Positions 1 through 14,320 of a stretch of 64,000 nt of DNA are shown one piece after another. The DNA is from Macrostomum hystrix (lineage: Eukaryota; Animalia; Platyhelminthes), in assembly GCA_950097015.1 (NCBI GenBank), contig CATNEN010000041.1:372001-436000 (forward strand), in the 5' to 3' direction. Each line of letters opens with the position of its first letter. Positions within the stretch are counted from its first letter, which is position 1. A program made the position numbers and the translations under genes. The notes below the pieces were generated by a model that saw nothing but the letters and a program-made list of their open reading frames with translations, did not search any database and was not told the DNA's origin.

Positions 1-1
1 C

Positions 2-301
2 TGGCATTCTGAGACTGAGAAGCCTCTGGGTGATCACCCTTACATCGCTGCAGTGACCCTCGGTCAGGCCAGGTACGTGGAGTTCTTGAGGAAGGGCCGC
101 GACGATCGCTACGTGAGGTTGCGCTCTGCCCACGGTGACCTGGTGATCACGGAGGGCGCCATCGAGGAGCTGTGGGTTCATCGCATCCCCAAGGACCCCA
201 TGGCTCGTCGCACGAGCTACACCTTCTCGTTCCGCAACATCAACCCGGTGAAGAAGGAGGAGGCCTCGAAGGGCGCAGCCGGCAGCGGAGATTCCGCTTG
301 A
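2..301 (+). CDS. 3' end of an ALKBH2/ALKBH3-like 2OG-Fe(II) dioxygenase (partial; 5' part lies outside the window)
   Basis: Frame from nt 2 reads WHSETEKPLGDHPYIAAVTLGQARYVEF...AHGDLVITEGAIEELWVHRIPKDPMARRTSYTFSFRNINP. This is colinear with the ALKBH3 pattern WHSDDE..LG..P.IASLSFGATR...HG.LLIMEG.....W.HRVPKE.....RVNLTFR. Confidence 0.85.
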   Translation, partial: WHSETEKPLGDHPYIAAVTLGQARYVEFLRKGRDDRYVRLRSAHGDLVITEGAIEELWVHRIPKDPMARRTSYTFSFRNINPVKKEEASKGAAGSGDSA

Positions 302-1215
302 AAGCTTGAGCCAGCTTTCCGTTCAGGAACTGAGAGATCTGAGATTGGATTTTTACTAGTTTTTTCCGTTTCGCATATTCCTGCGTTTTTCTAATCCGGT
401 TATGTTATCCTTCCCCTGCTTCATCGCTGCCTTCCCCTTCGTGTCGGGATTGACTTTGTCCGATTGCTAAGCGCAAGCGGCTTGTGCTCAGAAAATTTAG
501 CTTTCGCTGCGCATTTTTCGTCAGAATTCTAGCGCCGTAGCTTCAGTTTCACCGGCGTTCAGATCTGCGCTTTGCTATATCGAGTTGGCTAAAGAACATC
601 TTTTTGAACTCGAATAAACTCGAACTTGAACAGCGTTGTTTCACTTTTGTTACCGATGTTTTCTGTTACTTTTCACAAAAAAATAATATACTTTTTGGAA
701 TTAATCAAATGTTTGTCACTGAATTGCTCATTTTTTAATTATTTGCTTCAACCACAGGACAATTCAGTTTCATACCAACTGCATGTAAAATGCCAATGAA
801 AAGTCGGCAGGCTGCGTCAGTAAGCGCAGAAATATTTCCCTGTCTGCACTGTTAATACTTCTACTAGACACTAGACGCCTTCCCAGTGCATGTCGTACCC
901 TTTATGAGGTAGGGTGTGGTGGGGCGTACAGTCCTGCACTGACAGTAGTCTTTTTTTAAATATCTTTCTGCGCTCTGTTTTTCGGGCTGTTCTGGAGCAG
1001 TTAGAAACTTTGAGTGCTCATTGCAGGCTCTAGCATCGCTCATTGCTCGCTTTAACCATTGTCTCTGACTTATCAGCTGCCGCTGCCTTCGCTTACGATG
1101 ACCCCATAGCGAGGGGCAGGGAGTGTCGCTTCGCGAGCGCGGATTTATACTAAAAAATTAGAAAGAGCTCTGCTCAGGGGCAGTCCTTTCAGAATTATTT
1201 AGCGTTGCTTTTGCG

Positions 1216-2082
1216 ATGGAGCTGGTCATTGGTGACGCTGTCAACGGCAGCAGCTGGCTCCTGAGCTCCACAGCTGCTGCGCCGGCTAAGAATAACGCCG
1301 CGGCGTCGCTCCGGCTGCTGTTGACGACTGTCATCATGGCGGGCGCCGCCCTGTCGGGCCTTGTCGTGGCCCGACTATGCAGACTGTACCTAGCCAGGGC
1401 CCCGCTGCCCAGCGATTCGGACAGCGAAATTAGCGAGCACACCAAGCAGCTGCTGCTCCTGCAGCGGCAGGGCGGCCGGAAGAGTCTTTCCGATGCTGAG
1501 AAGGCCCACTGGCGCGGCTTGGTGCTCGACATGTGGCGCCGACGACCAAGCGCGGAGGTCTTGGACGAAGAGCTTGGACTTGGAGCTTTCGGCGATGGCG
1601 GCGCAGCCTGTCAGGAGCGGAATCTGGACGGAGCGCTGCTCCGGCTGCGGGACGCCTGGAGGCGTCTACGGCCGCTGGACGAGGTCGAAGGCGAGGATGA
1701 CGCAGAACAGGCCAAAGTTGGCGAGGTCGCAGATGCCGAGTCTCAGTCGGCCCAGGAGCAGCAGCAGAGGTGCCGGCGCCTGGCGCATGAAAGCATGACG
1801 GAGCGCCTGGGGGCGGCCTGGCTGGCCCTCAGCCGGCAGATGGCCTCGCTTCCTGACGGAGAGGCGCGAGAGGATGCGAAATCTGAAGAGCCAGCGTCTG
1901 AGGAGAAGTTCCAGGATGCAGTCGAGACTGTTGAACGCTGTGGGTCGACCGATGAAGCTGATTCCGATGGTGTCGGGTCCGCAATGGAGGTAGAGTCCGA
2001 GTTTGCCGATGCAGTGGAGTCTGCAGGCGGTGCAGATGACGCCGCTGGCGAGACCAGCCGGTGGTTCTGTGTCATTGTTTGA
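1216..2082 (+). CDS. Orphan 288-aa protein: N-terminal hydrophobic/TM segment, acidic C-terminal half with two FFAT-like motifs, C-terminal CaaX (CVIV)
   Basis: Uninterrupted GC-rich ORF, with a tttttag acceptor-like site just upstream of the ATG. Hydrophobic LLLTTVIMAGAALSGLVVA; KFQDAVE at 1906-1926; EFADAVE at 1999-2019; ends WFCVIV-stop. Confidence 0.7.
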   Translation: MELVIGDAVNGSSWLLSSTAAAPAKNNAAASLRLLLTTVIMAGAALSGLVVARLCRLYLARAPLPSDSDSEISEHTKQLLLLQRQGGRKSLSDAEKAHWRGLVLDMWRRRPSAEVLDEELGLGAFGDGGAACQERNLDGALLRLRDAWRRLRPLDEVEGEDDAEQAKVGEVADAESQSAQEQQQRCRRLAHESMTERLGAAWLALSRQMASLPDGEAREDAKSEEPASEEKFQDAVETVERCGSTDEADSDGVGSAMEVESEFADAVESAGGADDAAGETSRWFCVIV

Positions 2083-5000
2083 GCTTGCATTGAACCTGTG
2101 GGCGCGCAAAACATTTAGCTTTATTGACAATTAGTAGCCGTTTTGCTATCTGGTATGTTACTTATTTTAGGAAATTGTTATTTAACCATTATTTCTAGTC
2201 ATGCCCTGCAGTCGTGTGCACAGCCATCCAACTAATGAAGCAACTAATCGAAGTGAATCGGGATCATGCTTTGGCCCTTCAGATCTTTGCAGATTGAGTC
2301 CATCATAATTGGGTCACTGCTAGTTGCAACCAAGAATGGCATTTGTGTCAGAAATGAATTTTTAGCTCTGGTAACGTGCTATTTGTCGGTTCATTATGGA
2401 GGCTACTTAGAAAGTAAACTACAAATTTGCTCAAAATTTTAGTTTTACTCTTATCTTGTCTGTACTGCTAACTGGTTATCTGAAATGTACTTCCTGTACC
2501 GAAATTCGATCTGTTCTCGTGTTTGCCAGTTACAAGATTCGGTACTCTAATCGAAACAGCAAATCATTTTGAAGTCTTGCAATACAATTTCATATAGCTT
2601 CAAAATATTAAGCATTCTACTTGCAGTAGTGCGCCTACAATGCTAGCTAGCGCCGGTGATGCCTGCACATCAGAATCAAACTCGAAAGTACTATTCAAGG
2701 CCTAATTCGTTCACCTATGAACTCTGAGTTTGTCAGCGTCCTGACTGACAGGTTGTTGGTACTATCCCCTTGAACCTCCGACATATTTTGAGGGCACTTT
2801 GCATCCAAGCGATGAAATCTGTGGCTGGCACTGGCCAAACAATGACCTCAGCCTACCAAAACTGCCTGTGCCCTCTTTGCCTCAAAAGATCTTCCAGAAT
2901 TGACGAGAGCCTTCTTCGGCGGTGCGGGCACGAGTCAGTCCATGCCGAGATCCGCTTTCGCCCCTGAAGGGTCCGACACCACACCCCGCCAAACACACTT
3001 TTGCGATGGGGATTAAGCAAGCAAAGGAAGAATGTAGCAGGGGAGTGTGCGGTAGCTGCACCGCCGCACAGCTTTTGCTTGCATTCCTTCAGCTGATCCC
3101 AAACCCCACCTACGGGTCGCTTGGGGCAAAGATGCAGTCTCGGTGTTCAAACTGGCGAGGCCTGTTCAAATAAAAGGAACAACTTACCAGGCAGACACTA
3201 CAAAGGCACCTGTTCCCATCTTTAACGCCCTAAGATTATGGGAATCTTGAGTGTTCTAAGTGTGTCTAAGAATTACACCTGAAGTCCTGCACAAGGTGCA
3301 GACTGTTAAACCTGTGAATCTTTAATTCGCCTTCAACTTCCCCGAAATCTAGCTTGGAGTCCATTTATTACTGACATCTGGCTTGCTTTCGGAATTGAGT
3401 TCAGGACTGTAGCAAAAGCTCTATCTAATGGATAATTATACAAGATCACTGCTGTCAGTGAACCAGTGTGATTTCGCAGATTGGTAACATGGACTATAAA
3501 GCTGTGTGATTTTACTGGTCATTAATCAGCGATCTCACACTGGCTGTGAATCAGTGATGTCACACTAGCTGTAAATCAGTGATGTCACACTGGCTGTGAA
3601 TCAGTGCCACAGAATGTGTAGCTCTCCGCTCCGCAGAAAGTCCGTGTGAGATCTTGAAGTGCCTTTTGTGCCGAAATCTGGAAGGAGCCAACCCGCAAAG
3701 CCTAGTGCAATGCACCTGAGGTTCCACTCCTCACCGAGATTTCCCTGGCAGAAGTGCAGCCAAACCTGACAGCCGATCCGTGCAACTATATTTTGTCTGA
3801 ATGAATGGGGATCGCTGTTTGAATAAAATGCAGTACACAGTTGGCCCGCAATACTATGTGTCTGCGGGACCCGGAAACAATGATTGTTTATCTCCCCTCC
3901 TTATGGCTGGAATCTCCCATCGGCAGCGCGCGGTTGCTGCAGAAGAGCGCCGAAAAGGCATCATTAACACTGCGCGTGCGCAGCTTTGGACCGGCGCCTG
4001 ATAGGCCTCGGGAAGTGTTTGGCCTGGCAGGAATTAATCCTCTTACACTTCGGCGGCTGCAATCCCATTCATGGCGTACCACCGCCCGTTCGGTGCCGCT
4101 AAGTCCCAAATTATTTCCTTTCTCTCCAAACATTCCGGCTTATATATGGGGCTGTCCCGTTATTTGTTCTTGTCGTGCCGTTTGTAACCCAATGGGGTTT
4201 CCCCGCACAGGTTCGGATCCTTCTTGCGACGCCATTGTCGTGCCGTTTGTAACGAAGTGAACTCTTGTTTTAGGAGATAGCTCAGCCGAAACTCAAACTT
4301 AGATGATGGCCACTCTGCCCTTTATATTATTATTGGACATGCCTAGCTGGCGGCAACGTCCCGCCCACATGATGTTCATATAGAGCAACAAACCAGAGTA
4401 ACGTGCCGCACGTGGAAATTACAAACCATAAGTACATTAGTTTGGCAAACACGTAAGTACCGCAGATATGGTTAATGATCATGGACATTGTTTAGTTACA
4501 TAGAACATAGTTAAACATAGTTTAAACGGCGCCACAGTTCTTGTCCAGTTGTCTGTCCTTCTAGTTCGTAGTTGTCCAGTTGTCTGTCCTTCCAGTTTGC
4601 TGGTGTCCATTCGTCTGTCCTTCCAGTTTGCTGGTGTCCATTCGTCTGTCCTTCCAGTTCTTGTCCTAGATTAGCACTTGGCTGTTTAGTTGTTCGTAAA
4701 AGGCTTGTGAATCGCCATAGTATCTCAGCATCGGCAATAGCTAGAAGTGCGTCTGTGTCGCTGGCTTTCAGTTCAATCGGTTAAATATCTGATTCGCCCG
4801 TCCCCTGCCGCAAATCCACGTTTTTCTGTTCTCTTCGCCGATCAGCGAACACAAAAAGTGCGCCGCCGGCGCCAGACCCAGCACTCAGTTTGCCACCAAC
4901 AGCCCAGACTGCCCGCCGGGCGTTCCCAGTAGTCGCGCAGGCGCAATTGCGCCTCTTAAAGCAGCTTCCGCACCTGGCCACCCTGGCTACTGAATCGCTG

Positions 5001-5454
5001 CTGAGTGACAAGCCGAGGGGCCAACTGTAATCAAAGTCAGGCAGCCAGTCCGGGAACCCCGGCTCTGTCCAGGCCTCTGTCGCACAAGTGACTGATGGGC
5101 CGTGGCTCACCTTGCTTCAAAAAATTGTCGACATTCTGAAAAACTGCGCAAGTTAATGACTTCGACTAATACTTTCGCGCGTTCTTGTTGAATTCCGGAT
5201 GAATCGCTGTTGTGCAGAGCGACATGAATTCCAGAAGCTTTTTTATCGTCCCACGATTTTCAATTTGAAATTCGCGTTCACTTCACGAGAGGAATTTGAA
5301 ACTAAAACCTGCCTCGAATTAAAAAAATCCACTTTCCTGACTTAATATAACACAAATTGATGACGTTAGAAATGGCTTCAATAATATTGAGTGCCACATC
5401 GATAATCTAACAAGCCTGGTAGTTTGGCTCTGGCTTGACAAGGATAAGGACACC

Positions 5455-5702
5455 TTAGCTCAGAGTCCGTGGACACACCTTGGGACAGAGACCATGGACA
5501 CACCTTGGCTGAGAGATTATGGACACAACTTGGCTCAGAGACCATGGACACACCTTGGCTCAGAGACCATGGACACACCTTGGCTCAGAGACCATGGACA
5601 CAACTTGGCCCAGAGACCATGGACACACCTTGCCCAGAGACCATGGACACACCTTGGCTCAGAGACCATGAAGACACATAGGCTCAGAGACCATGGACAC
5701 AG
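5455..5702. repeat. Minisatellite, about 25-bp unit (ttggctcagagaccatggacacacc), about 9 copies, 3' of the DEG/ENaC gene
   Basis: Direct inspection; the unit contains the ccatgg palindrome. Confidence 0.9.
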
Positions 5703-5929
5703 CGAAGATAATGTTCGATATACTTTTAAATAAATTCAAATAAGTTTTATTGCCTGTACTTGAGAGCACAGCGAAGAGCTGAGAACATATAGGAAAGCAA
5801 CAAAAGTTAATTTCTAAAGCATCTGTTACTAGAACCCTGCTGTAGACAGGGACAATCCGAGAGCCAGGAGTGCACAATGGCTCAGACTGAATTTGGCGGT
5901 GAAGGGAAATGGGTCGGGCTGAGCGGAGT

Positions 5930-7768
5930 TCAGCTTGTGGGACAATTGTCATAGTAGGAACCCTGGGGCGCGTGGATCGTCTGAGCTTCCGCCACGGCTT
6001 CCCGCTGCTGCAGCAGCAGTTCCACTGTGAGTGCGGCCGCCGGATCCGCATTCACTTGCCGCTGCGTCGGGCCGTTGCTGCTCCTGCCGCCGGATGCGCT
6101 GTTTTCGCCGTCGTCCGCCGTTCGGTCTTGCTGCCGCAGCCGGCGGGCAGTGAGGTAGAGCAGCTCAATCACCTCAAAAGCGCAGGTAAGGGTGACGCCG
6201 ATGGTCAAGCTGCCGAGGCCGCCCAGTCGACTCATCAGGGCGCTGGGCGTGATCTGCAGCGTCTCCTGGTTCACCAGGGTGTTGTAGCTCATCCTGCTGA
6301 CTGTCACCAGCGCCATCTTCTGAGCCAGGTCTGCTTCGAAAACCTTCAAGGCCTCGACCTCCGGCGCACCGGCCACAGACTCCAGATCCGTGAAGTTGAT
6401 GAGGCGCTGCAGCTGCTCGCTGAAATGCCGATCCAGCGGGTTGTCCATTACCTGCTTGAGCGCGCTGGAGATGTGCATCATCCAGTGAATCTGCCACACC
6501 TGCGGAGTCCAGTTGGAGGAGGACAGATGGCTCTCGTAGTGAAAGAAGGTGCACGGCTTCTGGCAGGTGGTGTGGGCGACGGTGGCGGTTAGCTCGCTCA
6601 GGTTGAGGTTCCTGACGCACTCCAGCCGGCGCACAAACTCCAGCGGGCTGTGGGTGCTGTAGTGGCCGCAGTACGGTGCCGACGGCTCCGCTGCCGGCGG
6701 TCGCACGTGGAAGGCGGATGTGCAGTTACACTGGCGCCGTATCAGCCAGCCAATCTGGCTGCTCAGGCAGGCTGCGAAAGTGTACTTGTAGCGGCTGTCG
6801 TCGTCCAGAATGTGGGGCAGGCGGTCACTGTCAGCGCACTCGCCGGCCGGATAGTCCAGCTTCTGCACCTTCACGGCCTTGTACTTGATCAGTGTCGAGG
6901 TTTGCATCTGGACGCTGAAGCCGTCCGTGTCAGCAAGGGGGTGCGTGCCTGGCTCGTGCAGCACAATGCGAAACCCGGCGCCCTGGTTGAAGATGTCGAA
7001 CACGTGCTCCTGCCTGGCGTGGTCCCGCGACTCCCCGCGCTCGGCGGAGGCCGAGGAGTTGATGTTGTGCAGCAGGTACTCGGTGAGGTGCGCGTTGGAC
7101 AGGATCAGGGACAGGCTGCTCACGTAATTAGACTCTGAGTCCTCCAGCTCGAGGTCGTAGCAGACTAGGTACTCCGGGTGGTGCAGGCGAGCGCCAGTGA
7201 CCTTGAAGTTGCACTTTTCCTCGTGTGCCACGCTGGGGTTGGCGTTGTTGCTGTGCCGCATGACGCAGAAGGGCACCAGCTCGGACAGCTGGTGGCCCAG
7301 CAGGGTAGCCTGCGCCTCGCTGATGAACTGGAAGTAGGTGACCATCTTGTCGCTGCGGAACAGGCTAGCGGCATCGGCGTAGCGGCCCAGTCGCACCAGC
7401 TGCCCCATGCCCTGGCGGAGGTCGCGGGAGAACTTGGCGGGGCTGGGAACCTGGCCGGAGCGCCACAGGCTAGACGCCTCTGGCGAGAACGGGTTCAGCG
7501 AGCAGATGGTCAGGCTGGGGAACGGCGTCGGGTCGTTCAGCAGCTCCTCGATCTGGTAGGACTTGTTGTAGGAGAAGAACTCGGCGAACAAGTTGTAGGA
7601 GCCGTAACCCAGGATGACGGCCATGCTGGCAATGTAGAAGAGCCAGTGCAGCCGGAGGACGGCGTGCGGGCTGCTGCTGCACTTGCGGAAGCCGCGCATG
7701 CTGGTGTTGTCGATGAATGTGTTGAGCAGGAAGCTGCAGAACGGCTTGCTCCCAGCTGCCGGGTTCAT
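5930..7768 (-). CDS. DEG/ENaC (ASIC/FaNaC-related) channel subunit, intronless, 612 aa
   Basis: TM1 (WLFYIASMAVILGYGSYNLF), FPSLTICSLNP, GFRIVLHEPG, Cys-rich thumb (GECAD...YTFAAC...CNC...C...C..PC), TM2 LGGLGSLTIGVTLTCAFEVIELL. Confidence 0.93.
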   Translation of the reverse strand: MNPAAGSKPFCSFLLNTFIDNTSMRGFRKCSSSPHAVLRLHWLFYIASMAVILGYGSYNLFAEFFSYNKSYQIEELLNDPTPFPSLTICSLNPFSPEASSLWRSGQVPSPAKFSRDLRQGMGQLVRLGRYADAASLFRSDKMVTYFQFISEAQATLLGHQLSELVPFCVMRHSNNANPSVAHEEKCNFKVTGARLHHPEYLVCYDLELEDSESNYVSSLSLILSNAHLTEYLLHNINSSASAERGESRDHARQEHVFDIFNQGAGFRIVLHEPGTHPLADTDGFSVQMQTSTLIKYKAVKVQKLDYPAGECADSDRLPHILDDDSRYKYTFAACLSSQIGWLIRRQCNCTSAFHVRPPAAEPSAPYCGHYSTHSPLEFVRRLECVRNLNLSELTATVAHTTCQKPCTFFHYESHLSSSNWTPQVWQIHWMMHISSALKQVMDNPLDRHFSEQLQRLINFTDLESVAGAPEVEALKVFEADLAQKMALVTVSRMSYNTLVNQETLQITPSALMSRLGGLGSLTIGVTLTCAFEVIELLYLTARRLRQQDRTADDGENSASGGRSSNGPTQRQVNADPAAALTVELLLQQREAVAEAQTIHAPQGSYYDNCPTS

Positions 7769-8334
7769 TGTGGGTCGGCCGCTCCTGTCAGTTTCGCTGC
7801 AGCTCTCATGGGCTCTGAGGGTCTCGCAGCCTGGTGGGAGTTTTATCCCTTCCTATGCCCCTTCCGTGCGGGCATCCCGATTGGCTGGAGGTGGGGATTT
7901 TCCTGTACCTGAAAGTCGATCAAATCTGCCTGACATTGGGCCAGGGTGCAGTGCGCTGTTAAATGTGCGGCTTGTGCGATTCGTGTTCAGTTTCAATTTA
8001 GGCCTGATTCTCAAGACAATGCCCTTGTGTTGTTACCTTGCCCACGTTGTCCACCACTGCCTTTAATAGCTACAGTTAATCTGTTCAAGATATTAATTAA
8101 TGTAAATGGGAATTGCTGAGAACTGAGTTCGTGATTAGTTTACAATTTCTGTTGTCTCTTCCTGTCTGTCGTCTGCCTGTCTGCCCTTGTGAACTGCTTC
8201 TAGGAATTTTTCTAAATACGTGCATACAATATTTAACTAACTCTAATTTATATTTTAACGAACTGGTCAAATGCTTCTTGGAGAGCCAACTTGGCTTTCT
8301 TGAGTTGAGCAGATCCACTGTCAATGCCCCTGGT

Positions 8335-8530
8335 GCTACAGCCTGTTGTTCTATACAGACAGATGTCCTACAGCCTGTTGTTGTATACAGACAGATGTCC
8401 TACAGCCTGTTGTTCTATACAGACAGATATCCTACAGCCTGTTGTGTACAGACAGATGTGCTACAGCCTGTTGTGTACAGACAGATGTGCTACTGTCTGG
8501 TTTCGCCCAGAGAAATGCCTACAGCCTGTT
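8335..8530. repeat. Minisatellite, about 30-32-bp unit (ctacagcctgttgttctatacagacagatgtc), about 6 copies
   Basis: Direct inspection. Confidence 0.85.
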
Positions 8531-9702
8531 GTCTGTCAGTCAATACAGCTAACTTGAAGCCGTAGTTTCAAGCTGTTCTACAGTGCAGCAAATACCAAGC
8601 AGAATGTCATGCCTAAATTGCTTTTCTACATTGCTTTTAACAGAAAAAGAGAAGACAGAAGTTCGTAACTGGCAAGTCTGAGCCGAGGATTAAACAATAT
8701 TATTTGTCGCGCCCAATTGTGTTAGTGGAATTCTGACACTGGGGATTAGGGATCAAGGCCCGCCTCAGCTCAGATCCCAGAAGATCCGGGATCTTGTGAT
8801 CGCGGATTAAGTCAGGATAAGTGGGCCTAGCTCCTTGGCGGGCAAGCATTGGAGGGAGGTCTCGGCCTCTCTCAGTGATAGCAGTGTCGCCAAGAATTCG
8901 CAGAGAACGTTTTACATAACCTGAGTCGGACCAGACTGCCTTTGAATGCAATCAGGACGCAGCTGTTCTCATCAGACCACATTGTGGCCAAGAAGTCAAC
9001 AAGCTCATAAAAAAGGCTTATTATTATTATCGAGTATAATCTCGATAAAATACGAGCTAATTGTATTCTCTGTGTAGAAGCTTATTCACATACATGTGGT
9101 AATAGTTTTTTGCTGCTCCAAGTGAGACTTCTTTCAAGGCGTGCCTAAAATGATCGCTGAAACGAGGTTTGGCCATAGACTATAAAGCTTTTTGCTATTC
9201 AATCTCAGATTGCTAGGAGAAAGTCTCACTTAACATGCAAAAACTAATATTAGCAAACAGGAAAGATTTTTAAACAGCGAAATTTGTCTTTTTGGCTAAA
9301 TTAAAGTCTAATATCACGAATTTAAAAAAATCTGTTACACGCCACTGACAAGTGGAAGTAGTGCGCACAGGATAGTCGTGCATCTTTCCCAAATGAAAGC
9401 CTATATGAGCTGTAGGGGCCATATAGGTTCAGAGTAAGAAAAATGATCCGACTCCAATGAAATCTGAATATTCGTGATTTATGACTGACTGTGTCACGCG
9501 AATGGTTGGAGCCAAGCAAGGTCGAAATTCCTACATTTTTTCTAAAAATAGCAACAGCATCCCTCGTGCGCAACGCAAGAATGAAGGCTGAAAAGAACAA
9601 TTCTCTGTTTTTTTAAAACAAAAGACGACAAAAAGCTCGCGCCCAAGTTAAAAAGAAGGTCCTGTACAAGTTCTTATCACAAACTTAGGGAACTGAGTTT
9701 AA

Positions 9703-13582
<3,880 letters not shown>

Positions 13583-14320
13583 GGCTCCAAAACTGTCTGC
13601 AGTCAGCTCTCTGCGAGCGATCTCTTCTCCGTAGGTCGGAGGCGCTATCTGAGCAGATCGTGAAGCATGCGCGACACCAGATAAGAGGGCTGAATACTGC
13701 CCGCACCCACCCCAGGCACAGCTTGCCTCACTCTTGTGCTTCTCATGTGCTGAGCAGGGGCTGGGCTGTCTGTACTGGCTGGCTGAATCGCATAGACGCC
13801 CCGTCAACCCCGGACTCTTCTCAGTGCACTCACATGCGCTCACAGCTCTGCTGCTCAGCAGGTAACAAAGCATGCAGTGCTCAGAGTATGGACAATAATC
13901 CAGCTGGCCTCTAGCCTGCCTTGACCCAGCAAAAGTGCACAACCAGCCCGGCAACTAGTAAAGCAATTAAGACAAAGCAGCACTTGCTTGGGATTGGGCA
14001 GCGCAGCACTTGAACTTTTAATGGCGCCAGAAATATACAGAAAAGCAACAACAGCCAATCACTGGCACTGAAAAAACCACCTGGGTCAAATTTATTTAAA
14101 GTTGGACAGAAAATGCGCAAGCAGGTGCACGATTTTAGGCTGAACTCACTGATAAATTCTACACAATACTAGAAGTAGCACACACTTGAACCCAAAGTGA
14201 CAGTTCGCAATCGAAGGGATATTCAACCCTAGTTGAGTGACTTGCACTCTTACAGATAGTAAATACAGGCTTTTGTATTCTCTGCTCCAATGGAAAGAGC
14301 CGATAATCTAAACAGAAGCA

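Noticed and set aside
5909-7912. Plus-strand ORFs of 160-245 aa opposite the DEG/ENaC gene, and similar antisense ORFs over other GC-rich genes
   Set aside because: These are shadow ORFs caused by strong GC3 codon bias; they have no recognisable domains.
8700-8951. Possible Penelope GIY-YIG tail (ERGRDLPPM)
   Set aside because: There is only a faint motif resemblance, with no RT or GIY-YIG core nearby.
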